Assembly (NCBI GenBank): GCA_902385635.1
Contig: CABMGN010000008.1
Location: 197,147 to 261,146 of the forward strand
DNA: 64,000 bases
Source of the DNA: an uncultured archaeon
GTDB lineage: Archaea; Nanobdellota; Nanobdellia; Pacearchaeales; GW2011-AR1
Direction of reading: 5' to 3'
Both the position numbers and the translations under genes were made by a program. The notes below the pieces were generated by a model. The model did not search any database. It was not told where the DNA came from and saw only the letters and a program-made list of their open reading frames with translations. Below are positions 26,564 to 38,138 of the stretch, piece by piece. Position 1 is the first letter of the stretch, and every line of letters starts with the position of its first letter.

Positions 26564-26612
26564 ACGACGAAAAAGATAATAATCTTTAAAAATACTTAAA
26601 TTATCTAGACCT

Positions 26613-27683
26613 ATGAATAAAAGAGTGTTAGTTACCGGTGCAGGAGGTTTGATTGGTTCTGAAGCATGCAAGTTTTATCTAAATAAGGGTTATGAAGTTT
26701 TAGGCATAGATAACAATTTACGAAAGTATTTTTTTGGAGAAGGGGGAGATACATCCAAAAATATCGCTTCTACTCTTAAGAATTACCCTTCTTTTGTAAA
26801 CTATGCTCTTGATATCCGGGAAAGACCTGCTGTTCTAGATTTTTTTAAAAAAAATGGGCCATTTGACTTAGTTATTCATACTGCAGCACAACCTTCTCAT
26901 GACTGGGCCGCAAAAGAACCCTTTACTGATTTTGATGTAAATGCAAACGGGACTTTTAATATGTTAGAAGCTTTTAGGTTATATTCTCCAAAAGGGGTTT
27001 TTATTTTTACTTCAACTAACAAAGTTTATGGAGATAATCCAAACAAAGTAGCTTTGGTTGAAACAGAGACGAGGTATGATTACGCTTTAGATCAAAAAAT
27101 TTCAGGAGTTTCTCAAAACGGTATAGACGAGGAAATGAGTTTAGATCATTGCAAACATAGCATCTTTGGCGCAAGTAAAGTTGCAGCAGATGTTATGGCT
27201 CAAGAATACGGAAAATATTTTGGTTTAAATGTTGGGGTATTTAGGGGAGGTTGTTTGACTGGCCCCCAACATTCGGCAGTAGCACTTCACGGATTTTTAG
27301 CTTATATTGTTGATTGTGCAGTAAATAAAACCCAGTATACTATAATCGGTTACAAAGGAAAACAAGTAAGAGACCAGATACATAGTTCAGATGTAATTTT
27401 TGCTTTTGATGAATTTTTTAAGAATCCAAAACAGGGAGAAGCTTACAATCTTGGGGGGACAAAAGAAAATTCTGCTTCAATCCTTGAAGTAATAAAAATT
27501 TTAAAAGAAGAATTTAATCTGGAATTAGACTGGAATTATAAAGATCAACCGAGAATAGGGGACCATATATGCTATTATACTGATATGTCTAAGTTTAAGG
27601 AACACTACCCTAATTGGAAATTAACCAAAAACTTAAGAGACATAATTAAGGAAATAATTGAATCAAAAAGAGAACAAAAATGA
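26613..27683 (+). CDS. NAD-dependent epimerase/dehydratase (CDP-paratose 2-epimerase-like)
   Basis: [34 protein letters not shown]. Confidence 0.88.
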   Translation: MNKRVLVTGAGGLIGSEACKFYLNKGYEVLGIDNNLRKYFFGEGGDTSKNIASTLKNYPSFVNYALDIRERPAVLDFFKKNGPFDLVIHTAAQPSHDWAAKEPFTDFDVNANGTFNMLEAFRLYSPKGVFIFTSTNKVYGDNPNKVALVETETRYDYALDQKISGVSQNGIDEEMSLDHCKHSIFGASKVAADVMAQEYGKYFGLNVGVFRGGCLTGPQHSAVALHGFLAYIVDCAVNKTQYTIIGYKGKQVRDQIHSSDVIFAFDEFFKNPKQGEAYNLGGTKENSASILEVIKILKEEFNLELDWNYKDQPRIGDHICYYTDMSKFKEHYPNWKLTKNLRDIIKEIIESKREQK

Positions 27684-28777
27684 AAGTTCTAGTTACTGGT
27701 GGCGCTGGTTTTATTGGCAGCCACATAGTTGATAAGTTAATTGAACTCGGGCACAAAGTAACTATTATCGATAATCTTACATCTACTTCTGGGAAAAAAC
27801 CAGAATACTTAAACCCAAAAGCAAAATTTATCCTTGGCGATGTAAAAGATTTAAATCTTTTACAAAAGGTTTTACCCGAGACCGAAGTAATTTTTCACGA
27901 GGCTGCAAGTGTAGGCATAGCTCAATCAAATTATGAGGTAGATCCCTTCGTAGATAATAATTGTGTTGGAACTGCTAGGCTTTTGCAAGCTATAATAAAC
28001 TTAAAAATAAAACCTAAGCTAATCATTTCTGCTTCAAACACTACTTATGGAGAAGGTTTATATTCTTGTGAAAAACACGGAAAGTTTCATCCGGAAATAA
28101 GAACCCAAGAAGAAATCAACACTTATGGATTTGATCCTGTTTGTCCTATCTGTAAAGGCATATCTAAACCAGTACCAACTCCGGAAGAAACAGAATTAAA
28201 TTGTAATTCAATCTACGCTTATACTAAAAAATTTCAAGAAGAGACGTGTCTTTTCTTGGGCAAACTGTACGAATTCCCGGTGGTACTTCTAAAGTACTTT
28301 AATGTCTTCGGCCCACGGCAGTCCCTTTCAAACCCATACACCGGGGTTTCTGCAATATTCATGAGCAGAGTAAAAAATGGAAATAATCCACTAGTGTACG
28401 AGGACGGGAATCAAACAAGGGACTTTGTTTCTATACATGATGTTGTTGAGGCAAATATCCTTGCTATGAAAAAACTCGAGGCAAATTATAAAGTCTTTAA
28501 TGTCGGGTCTGGAATTCCTACAACCATAAATGACTTAGCCAGAGAGATTTGTACCTTGTACAAAAAAGATCTTAAAATAGAGACAACAAATAAGTTTAGA
28601 AAAGGAGATATAAGACATTGCATTTCCGATACTACTAGAATAAAAGAGATTGGATGGTCCCCGAAAGTCGGCATTAGTGAAGGTTTACGTGAAATATATG
28701 AATGGGCAAAAAATCAAGAAGCAGTAGACCATTTTGATAAAGCAAATGAGGAATTAAAAGAAAAAGGGCTTATTTAA
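27680..28777 (+). CDS. NAD-dependent nucleotide-sugar epimerase with a metal-binding insert
   Basis: [31 protein letters not shown]; CEKH...CPIC insert. Confidence 0.9.
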   Translation: MKVLVTGGAGFIGSHIVDKLIELGHKVTIIDNLTSTSGKKPEYLNPKAKFILGDVKDLNLLQKVLPETEVIFHEAASVGIAQSNYEVDPFVDNNCVGTARLLQAIINLKIKPKLIISASNTTYGEGLYSCEKHGKFHPEIRTQEEINTYGFDPVCPICKGISKPVPTPEETELNCNSIYAYTKKFQEETCLFLGKLYEFPVVLLKYFNVFGPRQSLSNPYTGVSAIFMSRVKNGNNPLVYEDGNQTRDFVSIHDVVEANILAMKKLEANYKVFNVGSGIPTTINDLAREICTLYKKDLKIETTNKFRKGDIRHCISDTTRIKEIGWSPKVGISEGLREIYEWAKNQEAVDHFDKANEELKEKGLI

Positions 28778-29759
28778 AAGGAATAGACAAATCTCCTGAC
28801 TTTATTTTTTCTTTATTCTTTATACAATAAGCAAGCGATCTAAGATAATGCTCGAACTCTATATAATTATTCTTTGAATTTTTGAGATTAAATAACGAGA
28901 GAAAACGATACAAAGAAATTCCTACTAGATTCCAGGTGAATCTTATTCTCATCTCAGGCATATCTTTGTAAAATAAATATAAATGGTTTATCTGATTCAT
29001 ATATATGGCTTTTATTTTTCTTTCAATAGTCCACTCCCTTTGTGGGTGATGGTGAGAAACCGAAGCAGGAATAGCATAAAGTCCATTATACTTTTTGTGT
29101 ATTCTATACGAAATGTCTACATCCTCTCCGAGAGACCAACCAAAAAAGTTTTCATCAAATTCCAAATCCTTGAAAACTTCTTTTTTGTATGAGGGGTCTG
29201 TTCCTGGAAACCATTCAGCCTTTACAGGTTTTCTTATTTTAAATGTTGAAGTATTCCCATAAGGGGAAGTTATTCTAAAAGAGGAATCATTACAGTTTCC
29301 TAATAGGAAAAGACTCTTTATTTTCTCTTTTAATTTAAAACCAGATTCTTTTAGTAAAGAATTTTCATACCCCCCTACATCATAGAACCCAAAGATTCCA
29401 TTTGCATCAAGAGTGTTATAAGCTTGGACTATTTCGTCCATGTAGTCTGGGCCAAGAGCAGCATCATCGTCTAAGAAAAGAACAATTTTTGTTTTTGAAG
29501 TTTTTTTAAGCCCCTTATTCTTTGCTATGGCTATAGAAGGTATCTCAGATCTCAGATATCTTAACCGCGGAATAAATTTTTTATACTTCTCTGTTTCCTT
29601 TTTTGTTTCTGGATTTTCACTTTGATCTACAACTAAGACTTCATAAGGTTTTGATTTTTGATTTTTTAAACCTTCAAGAGCAACTTTTATTTCTTCTGGG
29701 CGGTTATATGTGACAATAACTACTGAGATGTCTTTACTACTGTACATAAAATCATGCAA
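28770..29759 (-). CDS. Glycosyltransferase family 2
   Basis: VVIVTYNRP, FLDDD, GEDVD. Confidence 0.9.
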   Translation of the reverse strand: MHDFMYSSKDISVVIVTYNRPEEIKVALEGLKNQKSKPYEVLVVDQSENPETKKETEKYKKFIPRLRYLRSEIPSIAIAKNKGLKKTSKTKIVLFLDDDAALGPDYMDEIVQAYNTLDANGIFGFYDVGGYENSLLKESGFKLKEKIKSLFLLGNCNDSSFRITSPYGNTSTFKIRKPVKAEWFPGTDPSYKKEVFKDLEFDENFFGWSLGEDVDISYRIHKKYNGLYAIPASVSHHHPQREWTIERKIKAIYMNQINHLYLFYKDMPEMRIRFTWNLVGISLYRFLSLFNLKNSKNNYIEFEHYLRSLAYCIKNKEKIKSGDLSIPFK

Positions 29760-29840
29760 TTTTTATACTTAATAAGGTTTTCTTCATTATCTAAATCCCC
29801 TTTCACAAGGAATAAAAAGAAACCTTTACTATCCCTTTCT

Positions 29841-31391
29841 ATGAAAAAAGATAAAGAATTAGCGATTAAAACCCCCTTAAAAAGAATCGCAAAGTCTTCT
29901 CTTATTGTGTTCTTGGGAATTTTTATCTCTAAGTTTCTTGCTTATTTTTACCGGATTATTATCGCAAGGTCTTTTGGCCCCGAAGAGTATGGTCTTTATT
30001 CCTTGGCCATAATGGTTGTTGGTTTATTTGCTGCTTTAGCAGGATTAGGTTTAAGTGAGGGAATATTGAGGTTTATCGCGGTTTTTAGAGCAAAAAAAGA
30101 ACAAAGTAAAATAAAACACGTTTTTGGTTTATCTCTTAAGATTTGTTTTGCGACGAGCATCATGGCGGGGATAATTCTTTTTTTCTTTGCCGAACCAATT
30201 TCTCTAAGCATCTTCAAAAACGCAGGGCTCACTCTTTATTTACAGATACTTAGCTTAGTACTCCCTTTTTCGGTTTTATCCGGAATTTTACTTTCTACAA
30301 TAAGAGCCTATGAAAAAGTAAATTGGTACATCATCATTTATTACATACTCTTAAATGTTATCAACTTTATTACTTTACTCCTTTTTTTATCGCTTAACTT
30401 AGGAAGAACCGCAATTATTCTTTCTTATTTTGCGGGAATTTTCTTTATTTTTATCTCTTCTTTTTTTGTCTTAAGGAAATATTCTAAGGAAGTATTTGGC
30501 AAGTCTTCCCTCCCAAGAGAGGAGCAGAAGAAAACATTTAGAGAAATTGTAAAATACTCCTGGCCTTTGATTGCTCTCAATCTCTCAAGCTATCTTCTTA
30601 CTTGGATAGATTCCTTTTCTATAGGAATATATAATGGGGCTTATGATGTTGGAATCTATAATGTGGCTGTACCTATCGCCGGTTTGTTTGTTATTCCTTC
30701 TATGCTCTTTTCTCAGCTTTTCTTTCCAATTATTGTTCGGGAGATAGAAAGAAAAAATCATAATGTTGTTGAGAATCTTAGCAAACAAGTAAGTAAGTGG
30801 ATACTTATGCTAAATCTGCCCTTTTTAGGAATAGTGCTCTTTTTTCCCGGAGCGATTATTAATCTTCTTTTTGGGGCTAAATATCTTGGCGCTGAAAATG
30901 CACTAAGAATGCTTGCAATAGGTACTTTTATTTTTCAGCAAGCAGCAGTTTCAAAAGAGGCCCTTTACGCACTAGGAAAGTCAAAAAAGATTTTATACAA
31001 CTTCCTTTTTGCTTCCATACTCAACTTAGTTCTTAACCTTCTTCTTGTTCCAAAATATGGGATAAATGGTGCAGCCTTTTCCACCATGTTATGTTATATT
31101 GTTCTTGCAGGTTTATATGGATTTCAGGTATTTAGGGAGCTTAGTGTAATCCCTTTAAGAAGAAAGATGCTCACAATTATTTTGATAAATTTTATTCCCC
31201 TCATAGCCTTATTCTTTGTTAGAAAAATTGTTGAAATAACCCCTTTAAGCTTAATTTTAATTACAATCTCTTTCGTTTTAGTTTACATCCTTCTCATTTT
31301 CCTCACTAAATCCTTTGACCATTTTGATTACGAGATTATAAGATCTTTTTATGAGAAATCATTCTCCTTCTTAAGGAGATCTAAAAAGTAA
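29841..31391 (+). CDS. Oligosaccharide flippase (Wzx/MOP family)
   Basis: Multi-TM; FGPEEYGLY, D..SIG, LLVPKYGINGAA; likely start ATG29841. Confidence 0.9.
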   Translation: MKKDKELAIKTPLKRIAKSSLIVFLGIFISKFLAYFYRIIIARSFGPEEYGLYSLAIMVVGLFAALAGLGLSEGILRFIAVFRAKKEQSKIKHVFGLSLKICFATSIMAGIILFFFAEPISLSIFKNAGLTLYLQILSLVLPFSVLSGILLSTIRAYEKVNWYIIIYYILLNVINFITLLLFLSLNLGRTAIILSYFAGIFFIFISSFFVLRKYSKEVFGKSSLPREEQKKTFREIVKYSWPLIALNLSSYLLTWIDSFSIGIYNGAYDVGIYNVAVPIAGLFVIPSMLFSQLFFPIIVREIERKNHNVVENLSKQVSKWILMLNLPFLGIVLFFPGAIINLLFGAKYLGAENALRMLAIGTFIFQQAAVSKEALYALGKSKKILYNFLFASILNLVLNLLLVPKYGINGAAFSTMLCYIVLAGLYGFQVFRELSVIPLRRKMLTIILINFIPLIALFFVRKIVEITPLSLILITISFVLVYILLIFLTKSFDHFDYEIIRSFYEKSFSFLRRSKK

Positions 31392-31458
31392 TTTTCTGTA
31401 TCCCCTTTTCGAGTTTGCTATAGAAACCATTATAAACTTCTTTTTTTCAATTCTTTTA

Positions 31459-32907
31459 ATGAAAGCAACGTTTATCTTTTATAATGTTCTTGAAAATAAA
31501 AACGCCTTTAGCATCCCCCTTTCTATACTCTCTTCTTGCCTTAAGAAAGCAGGGCACGAAGTTTCCCTTGCAATAGTAAATTCACAAGAAAAAATAACTA
31601 AAGAAAGTTTTTTATCTAGACTTTCTCCGTCAGATATCTTTGGTTTTAGTGCGCTAACCGGAGCGTTTCCTGAGATAAAAAAACTAGTTCTCTGGATAAA
31701 AGAGAAGTATCCTAAATCACTGATAGTTATTGGGGGAAGTCACGCCCTTCTAGACCCAGAAGAGGTTATTTCTTCTCCAGGGGTAGATGCTGTGTGTATT
31801 GGTGAAGGGGAGCATTGCCTTGTAGAACTCGCTAATAAAATAGATCGAAAAAAGGATATTTACGACACCAAAAACTTTTGGTTCAAAAAAAATGGAAAGA
31901 TAATTAAGAATCAGAGGCTCCCTCTAATCGAAGACTTAGATACAATCCCTTTTTTAGACAGAAACCTCTTTGATTACTACTCTTTAACTGATTACAAGGA
32001 TGGTAAACAAATGGTTGTTATGGCTTCCAGGGGATGCCCCTATAACTGCGGTTATTGTGCAAATCACCTCATTAGAAACCTTTATCCTAATAAAGAAAAA
32101 TGGTTAAGATTTAGAAAAGTGGATAATGTTATTAAAGAAATTAAGGGGATTCTAGAGAAGTTCGGGCCTCATGAAAGAGTAAAATTTGTAGACGATACAC
32201 TTGTCCAAAATAAAAAGTGGTTTGAAGAGTTAATAAAAAAGTATCCTAAAGAGATAGGATTGCCTGTTGATTGTCAGGTTAGACCCAACGAACTTGATCT
32301 GGATACCTTAGAGAAACTTAAAAAATTAGGTGTTGACCGTCTAGAGATGGGCATAGAATCTGGTAACGAATTTATTAGATATAAAATTATGAATCGGCAT
32401 ATAACAAACGAACAGATAATTAATGCTTATCATATTGCAAGACAGAACAAAATACCGGCTATTTCTTTTAATATAATTGGTTTGCCTTTTGAAAATTTTG
32501 ATATGATCCTGGATACTGTCAAAATTAATGCCCTAGCCAGACCCTCTTGGGCAAAAGTTTTATATTTTCAACCCTTCCCCCACACAGAATTACTTAATAT
32601 ATGCGAAAAATTTGGATTTATTAAAGAATATAAAATTTTACCAACCCTCTTTGAAGGAAGTCCTCTAGAATCACCCTATGTTTCAAAAGTTCAGTTAGAT
32701 TTTATTTACTCTAATTTTAGGCCATTAATTAAGTTATATCAAATAAGGGTTTTATGGCCTTTATTAGATATTATCTTTTCTTCTAAGCTCTTCCCTTATA
32801 AGTTTTTTATAAAGATTTCGCCTTTGATTAACTTAAAGGAGGTTCTTGGGGCTAAGTTTCCGCGAGAGATAAAATCTATTAAAAAATTAATTCTAAGAAG
32901 AAAATGA
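31459..32907 (+). CDS. Cobalamin-binding radical SAM protein
   Basis: B12 domain (GGSHA, GEGE), SRGCPYNCGYC, GIESG, IIGLPFE. Confidence 0.92.
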   Translation: MKATFIFYNVLENKNAFSIPLSILSSCLKKAGHEVSLAIVNSQEKITKESFLSRLSPSDIFGFSALTGAFPEIKKLVLWIKEKYPKSLIVIGGSHALLDPEEVISSPGVDAVCIGEGEHCLVELANKIDRKKDIYDTKNFWFKKNGKIIKNQRLPLIEDLDTIPFLDRNLFDYYSLTDYKDGKQMVVMASRGCPYNCGYCANHLIRNLYPNKEKWLRFRKVDNVIKEIKGILEKFGPHERVKFVDDTLVQNKKWFEELIKKYPKEIGLPVDCQVRPNELDLDTLEKLKKLGVDRLEMGIESGNEFIRYKIMNRHITNEQIINAYHIARQNKIPAISFNIIGLPFENFDMILDTVKINALARPSWAKVLYFQPFPHTELLNICEKFGFIKEYKILPTLFEGSPLESPYVSKVQLDFIYSNFRPLIKLYQIRVLWPLLDIIFSSKLFPYKFFIKISPLINLKEVLGAKFPREIKSIKKLILRRK

Positions 32908-33947
32908 CTGCAACTTTAATTTTTACTGATCATGCGGACTATGATAATCCCGAGATGATCAAGGCTCTTTGTTATGGTACATCAGACGAAAAATCCAAAG
33001 ATTATGGTAAAAGAGGGTTTATTGGGCACGGATTAACCTTCACTAAAAGTGTATTTGCAAAAACTAAGGAACCTTTTTCAGAAGAAAAAATAAAAAAACT
33101 TCTCACTTCTTATGGGAAAGTTCCAGCAGTAAGGAATAGATACAACTGGCAAGTTTTTGACGAAGAACGAGGGTTATCCCGAACCGTTCCTGGTTTAGAT
33201 AATCCTTGCTTCAGGAAGATTATGTTAAAATTGTCTAAGGACGGAATAGAGGTTTGCCCTCATTGCTTATCTTGGGAAAGTGTTTCAAGAGACGAAGCAA
33301 GAAAATTAATTCTTTTGTTTAAGCCATTTAAACCGAAAACTTGGATAGATCACGGAAAAAATTATTGCAAGAACTCTCTAGCTTTTGAAGGAGCAAAAGA
33401 ATCTAGTCCGTACTATGTCTTAGATCTTTTAAAAAAACAAGGATATGAATATGCCTGGGCTTATCAAGAGTATCCCTTTCGAGGAAAGTTAAATCTTAAA
33501 GAGCTAGATGAGAAGTTTATAGCCTATGACCAAGAAAAGAAGTTATGGCTCTTCAAAACTATCGAACTCAAACCCTCAGAGGTTATTTTTAGTAAAGCTT
33601 ACTCCCCGAGGAATATAGACCGTTTTATAGAAACCAAGGGCATTCATATAGCCCATGTTTATTTTTTTCAACCGGTTTTTGAAGTTCCTCGCAAAAGATT
33701 CCATTTCCGGGGAGAGAGGTTTTTTTGGTATATAAAAGATTTTTTTAAATGGAAAATTCTTGGTTTGAATTATTCTAGGCGGAAGGAGATCCCAAATGGT
33801 GTGCTTATCTGGGTAAATGATCATTACGAAATAGATCCAAAATTTGATCTCTGCCTAAAGTACATCGGAGAAAAACAAAAGGAAGGAAAGATAATCGTGA
33901 CCACAATTAAAAATTTTTTCAGGAGTAAAAATGAAAGACATAGTTAA
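32904..33947 (+). CDS. Hypothetical protein, possible NodB/polysaccharide-deacetylase-like fold
   Basis: IFTDHAD, EVCPH, WIDHG, HVYF, terminal VTT pattern; coupled to its neighbours. Confidence 0.5.
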   Translation: MTATLIFTDHADYDNPEMIKALCYGTSDEKSKDYGKRGFIGHGLTFTKSVFAKTKEPFSEEKIKKLLTSYGKVPAVRNRYNWQVFDEERGLSRTVPGLDNPCFRKIMLKLSKDGIEVCPHCLSWESVSRDEARKLILLFKPFKPKTWIDHGKNYCKNSLAFEGAKESSPYYVLDLLKKQGYEYAWAYQEYPFRGKLNLKELDEKFIAYDQEKKLWLFKTIELKPSEVIFSKAYSPRNIDRFIETKGIHIAHVYFFQPVFEVPRKRFHFRGERFFWYIKDFFKWKILGLNYSRRKEIPNGVLIWVNDHYEIDPKFDLCLKYIGEKQKEGKIIVTTIKNFFRSKNERHS

Positions 33948-35910
33948 CTATTTAGATGAACTGAAAGGAAAGGCGATTCTTGAGAAGAAGTTTGTAGGAT
34001 TTTCGCTTGAATTTCCATATAAATCGGAAAAGGATTCTTTTCTTTTACCAATAAGAACGTCTAATAACTGTGTGGTTGGTGCATGTAAAATTTTTGATAA
34101 AAAGGAAGCCTTAGATCTTATCTCATTTCTAGACGGGAAAATAGATTATCTTTTTTTAGACTGTGAGACAAAAAATCAAGATTTCTTTGACATAGAAGAA
34201 AAAGCCAAATCTTTAATTAAGAGTTCTCAGGTTTTTTCTATAAAAGTAAATGATATAACTGCAAAATCAGCCGACCTTTTAATCTCTCAATTAGCTAGCC
34301 CACTACTAAACAAGCAGGTAGTAATAGTTGGGTGTGGTAATATTGGGTCTAAATTAGCAATGAAACTATCCGAGAGGGGCGCTTTGGTTTATATTACTAA
34401 TAAAGACCTAAAAGAATCTACTAAAGTTGCAGAGAGTCTGAATAATCTCATTCTTAATAAAGAAAATTGTATAACTCCCTTTGATATAAGTGATTTATCT
34501 TTTTTTGATAATGCTGACATCGTAGTGGGATTTTCTCCAAGTTACTCCCAAAGTATAAGCCCCCAAATGTTGGAAAGAGTAAAACCTAAATCGCTTATCC
34601 TCGACGGGGGAATTGGAACTATTCAGGAGAATTGTTTTAAACTAGACTTAAAATTTATCCGTTTAGATATTCGCTCGGGATTTTTAGGGTACATAGATTC
34701 GATTCTGAAAACAAATGAAATGATACAAAATGATCTAGGGGAAGTAGTTATTGGTGGCACGAAACTTGTTTCTGGAGGTTTTATTTCTAATGAAGGTACA
34801 ATAATCCTCGATTCTATAAAAAATCCCACTAACATTCTAGGGGTCGCTGATGGTAAGGGGGGATTAATACGGGAGGTAAAACCAACACTTCCTCCAGATT
34901 TTTTTAACCCCACATTCGTTTTCAGAGTTGATGGCGGAAGTTCCGAGTCTTGTAGACCAAGAAATGAGCAGGGCATGGGCCATATTACTAGAAGTTTAAT
35001 CTTTGCAGACTATCTTAAACAAAAGGGATTTAAGTGTTATTTCTTAATGAAAGACTTACCGGGAGTTAATCTAGTGAAGAATAAATACCCTGTAAAAATT
35101 ATATCTGAAAATGAAGACGAGGTAATCCAATTGGTGCGAGAGTTAACAAATGTTCCCAATGCGTACCTTCTCATAGATAAATTGGATCTTTCTGAAGAGT
35201 ATGTAAAGAAATTAAAACACTCAGCAAAGAAGATAATAACTATAGATAATAACGGGCCTGGAGCTCTTTATTCAGACATTAACTTTTATCCTTTAGTCAT
35301 TCCTAAAAAAAGATCTTACAAGGATCATGATGGGCCACAATTTTCTCTTATGCGAGAAGAATTCTATGATTTATACAAAAAGAAAGAAATAAATCATACT
35401 TGTAAAAACATCCTAATAACTTTAGGTGGAACAGACCCAACAAAGACTACCCTTAAGGTTATTCAGGCACTGAAGGAAATACCCGGCCTTCATTCTAAAG
35501 TGATTTTGGGAGCAGGGGTAACTTTTAAAGAAGAAGTAGAGAAAGCTGTTAATTCTAGCTTTGAGATTATAGAGAACAGTTCAGATATGGCCAAATTAAT
35601 CTACGAAGCAGATTTGGCTATAATATCTGGGGGGGTTACAGTTTATGAGTGTGCCTTTTTAGGTACCCCTGCCGTAATTATAAGCCATAACCGCGAGGAA
35701 TCTGAGCACTCTTTTAGAGGTTATGATTTTGCTATTAATTTAGGATTGACTTCCGAAGTTGATTCCAATAATATTTATAAAGAGGTTAGAGGACTCATAA
35801 ATGACTATGAACGAAGATTAAAATTAAGCATCTTTGGGAGTTCTTTATTTAAAATAAACTCCAAAGAAGTAATGCTTAAGTTAATTTTAGAAAATGAAAA
35901 ATTTAATTAA
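33931..35910 (+). CDS. Fusion of an NAD(P)-binding oxidoreductase-like domain and a PseG/SpsG-like UDP-sugar hydrolase
   Basis: IVGCGNIG Rossmann motif in the N-half; FRVDGG...GMGHITRS, LGGTDP, ADLAIISGG.T.YE..LGTP in the C-half. Confidence 0.8.
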   Translation: MKDIVNYLDELKGKAILEKKFVGFSLEFPYKSEKDSFLLPIRTSNNCVVGACKIFDKKEALDLISFLDGKIDYLFLDCETKNQDFFDIEEKAKSLIKSSQVFSIKVNDITAKSADLLISQLASPLLNKQVVIVGCGNIGSKLAMKLSERGALVYITNKDLKESTKVAESLNNLILNKENCITPFDISDLSFFDNADIVVGFSPSYSQSISPQMLERVKPKSLILDGGIGTIQENCFKLDLKFIRLDIRSGFLGYIDSILKTNEMIQNDLGEVVIGGTKLVSGGFISNEGTIILDSIKNPTNILGVADGKGGLIREVKPTLPPDFFNPTFVFRVDGGSSESCRPRNEQGMGHITRSLIFADYLKQKGFKCYFLMKDLPGVNLVKNKYPVKIISENEDEVIQLVRELTNVPNAYLLIDKLDLSEEYVKKLKHSAKKIITIDNNGPGALYSDINFYPLVIPKKRSYKDHDGPQFSLMREEFYDLYKKKEINHTCKNILITLGGTDPTKTTLKVIQALKEIPGLHSKVILGAGVTFKEEVEKAVNSSFEIIENSSDMAKLIYEADLAIISGGVTVYECAFLGTPAVIISHNREESEHSFRGYDFAINLGLTSEVDSNNIYKEVRGLINDYERRLKLSIFGSSLFKINSKEVMLKLILENEKFN

Positions 35911-36952
35911 AAACAAAATTGTGCTTATTACTGGGGGAACCGGGTCTATAGGTGCGGAGCTAGTGAGACAAACTCTTAAATTTGGCCCTAAACAAGTGAG
36001 GATTTTGAGTAGAGATCAGACAAAGCAACTTTATCTGGAGAAGGAATTAAATGAGTTTATTCGAGCAGAGTCACCTAATGTAAGATTTTTTATAGGAGAT
36101 ATTAGAGATAAAGAAAGACTAAAATCTATTTTCCGAGGAGTAAACATAGTATTTCATGCTGCGGCACTTAAGCATGTTTCTTCTTGTGAGTATAATCTTT
36201 TTGAAGCAATTAAAACAAATGTTTATGGCCTTCAAAATGTGCTAGAAGAGGCAGTTGCTAATAACGTTGAAAGATTTGTATATGTAAGCACAGACAAAGC
36301 AGTGAACCCCTCAAGCATTATGGGCCTTACTAAATATCTCGGTGAAAAGATGGTAGCAAATACTTACTATTACCAGGGAGCAAAGAGAACCCCTTTTGCA
36401 TCGGTCAGGTTTGGGAATGTACTCAACTCTTCTGGTTCAATTATCCCTCTTTTTAAACAACAAATTAACCAAGGAGGCCCGGTAACTATTACTGATCCAA
36501 ACATGAGGCGTTTTTTTATGCCCATACCCTCCGCAGCGCAATTAGTTCTTTCTGCACTTAATTACTCTCAAGTTAATGAAACATTTATACTAAAAATGCC
36601 TTCAATAAAAATTTTAGATCTTGCAGAAGTTTTAATACAAGAGTATGCCCCCCGGGTGGGGAAGGATCCCAAAGATATTAAGATTAAAATAATTGGGAGA
36701 TATCCTGGAGAAAAGGTTCATGAACAATTAATCAGTAGCGAGGAGGCTGAGTCTGCTGTAGAGATGAAGGACTTTTTTATTATTCGACCAAAGGTACTAA
36801 TCCCCTCTAAGCTGGGGCACATACCAAATTATATATATCCTAAAGGAGCAGGAAAACCAAAAACTAAGAGTAAAGGTTACTCTACTGCAGAAGTAACTCC
36901 ACTTACTAAAGAACAAATCAAGAAACTTCTGTTTAACCAAAATTTACTTTAA
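35894..36952 (+). CDS. UDP-GlcNAc 4,6-dehydratase (PseB/FlaA1/CapD family)
   Basis: TGGTGSIG, FHAAALKHV, STDKAVNP, RFGNV..S.GS, G..PGEKVHE. Confidence 0.92.
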   Translation: MKNLIKNKIVLITGGTGSIGAELVRQTLKFGPKQVRILSRDQTKQLYLEKELNEFIRAESPNVRFFIGDIRDKERLKSIFRGVNIVFHAAALKHVSSCEYNLFEAIKTNVYGLQNVLEEAVANNVERFVYVSTDKAVNPSSIMGLTKYLGEKMVANTYYYQGAKRTPFASVRFGNVLNSSGSIIPLFKQQINQGGPVTITDPNMRRFFMPIPSAAQLVLSALNYSQVNETFILKMPSIKILDLAEVLIQEYAPRVGKDPKDIKIKIIGRYPGEKVHEQLISSEEAESAVEMKDFFIIRPKVLIPSKLGHIPNYIYPKGAGKPKTKSKGYSTAEVTPLTKEQIKKLLFNQNLL

Positions 36953-38088
36953 CTGTTATCAATCATAGGGTAAGAAATAACTTTATCTTTGGGTATATCT
37001 ACTAGAGCCGTTCTACCCGATACATACTTTATATTTTCAAGAGTTGGTTTGATTCCAGTAGCAGGCCTTTTCCAGTCAAGGTCTTCTTCTTTTATTATCT
37101 CTCCACTTTTTATCGCTTTTTTTGAAACTAAGCTTCTTCTTGCCCCGATACTCGCAGCATATTCACAAGTTAAGGGTCTTTCTGGATTTTTTATCCCAGA
37201 CATCTTCTCAAAAACAACACCCAGCTCTTTTTCAAGAATTTCTTTAGTTAATTTTCCTTCTTCAAAATCCCTAACTCTTCTTACATACTCCGCAAATTCT
37301 TCCATACTCATAAATGACGCATCCGGATTCAATGGCTTCCCTTCTTCACCTTTAAACTTATTTATTGTACAATGCTTTTCCAAAAAACTTGCCCCATAGA
37401 AACAAGCAAGAACCCCCGAATCCCGAGTTAAGGTGTGATCTGAAAAACCTATAGGCAAATTATATCTCTCCCTATATTCCTGTATCGCTCTTAGATTACT
37501 GTCTTCGTCCTTTGTTGGATAGTCTAATATGCAATGTAGTAGTGCAACTTGGGGATTACCATTATCTTTTATTACTTTTAAGGCTTCGTCGACTTCATTA
37601 TGGGTTGCTGCGCCTGTAGAAAGAAGTATCGGAACTCCTTTTTGTGCGGCTCTTTTTAGTAATGAATGGCAGGTTATATCTCCAGACGCAATTTTTATTG
37701 CAAGAACTCCCGAGTCTACTAATACATCTACAGCATCTTCATCAAAGGGGGTAGAAAAAACGAGAATCCCAATTTTCTTACCATATTCTATTAGCTCTGT
37801 ATATATATCTCTCCTTAATTTATCTAAATTCCCAAAAGTATCTATCTGTCTTGTTGAGGGGTCATCTTCGGGCACGAGATGCCAGTAACATTTAGCTTCA
37901 GGAGTAACTAACTTATCTGCATAATATGTTTGAAATTTGACTGCATCGGCTCCAGCTTTTTTCGCCGCTTCTATTATTTTTTTTGCCTGGTCCATATCCC
38001 CTTTGTGATCAACTCCCGCTTCAGCAATTATGAAAATTTTTTGACCTTCACCAATAGACCGGTCCCCAATAATAATTTTTTCTGCCAT
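36949..38088 (-). CDS. Nonulosonic acid (N-acetylneuraminate) synthase family, NeuB/PseI/SpsE
   Basis: IIAEAG..H.G, VKFQT, STPFD, KIAS, SDHT, EKH, C-terminal SAF domain RRSL...KRPATGI. Confidence 0.93.
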   Translation of the reverse strand: MAEKIIIGDRSIGEGQKIFIIAEAGVDHKGDMDQAKKIIEAAKKAGADAVKFQTYYADKLVTPEAKCYWHLVPEDDPSTRQIDTFGNLDKLRRDIYTELIEYGKKIGILVFSTPFDEDAVDVLVDSGVLAIKIASGDITCHSLLKRAAQKGVPILLSTGAATHNEVDEALKVIKDNGNPQVALLHCILDYPTKDEDSNLRAIQEYRERYNLPIGFSDHTLTRDSGVLACFYGASFLEKHCTINKFKGEEGKPLNPDASFMSMEEFAEYVRRVRDFEEGKLTKEILEKELGVVFEKMSGIKNPERPLTCEYAASIGARRSLVSKKAIKSGEIIKEEDLDWKRPATGIKPTLENIKYVSGRTALVDIPKDKVISYPMIDNS

Positions 38089-38138
38089 ACATATCTTAGA
38101 AGGCGTTCTTTTAAAAAGATTCTTATACTACACAAAAT

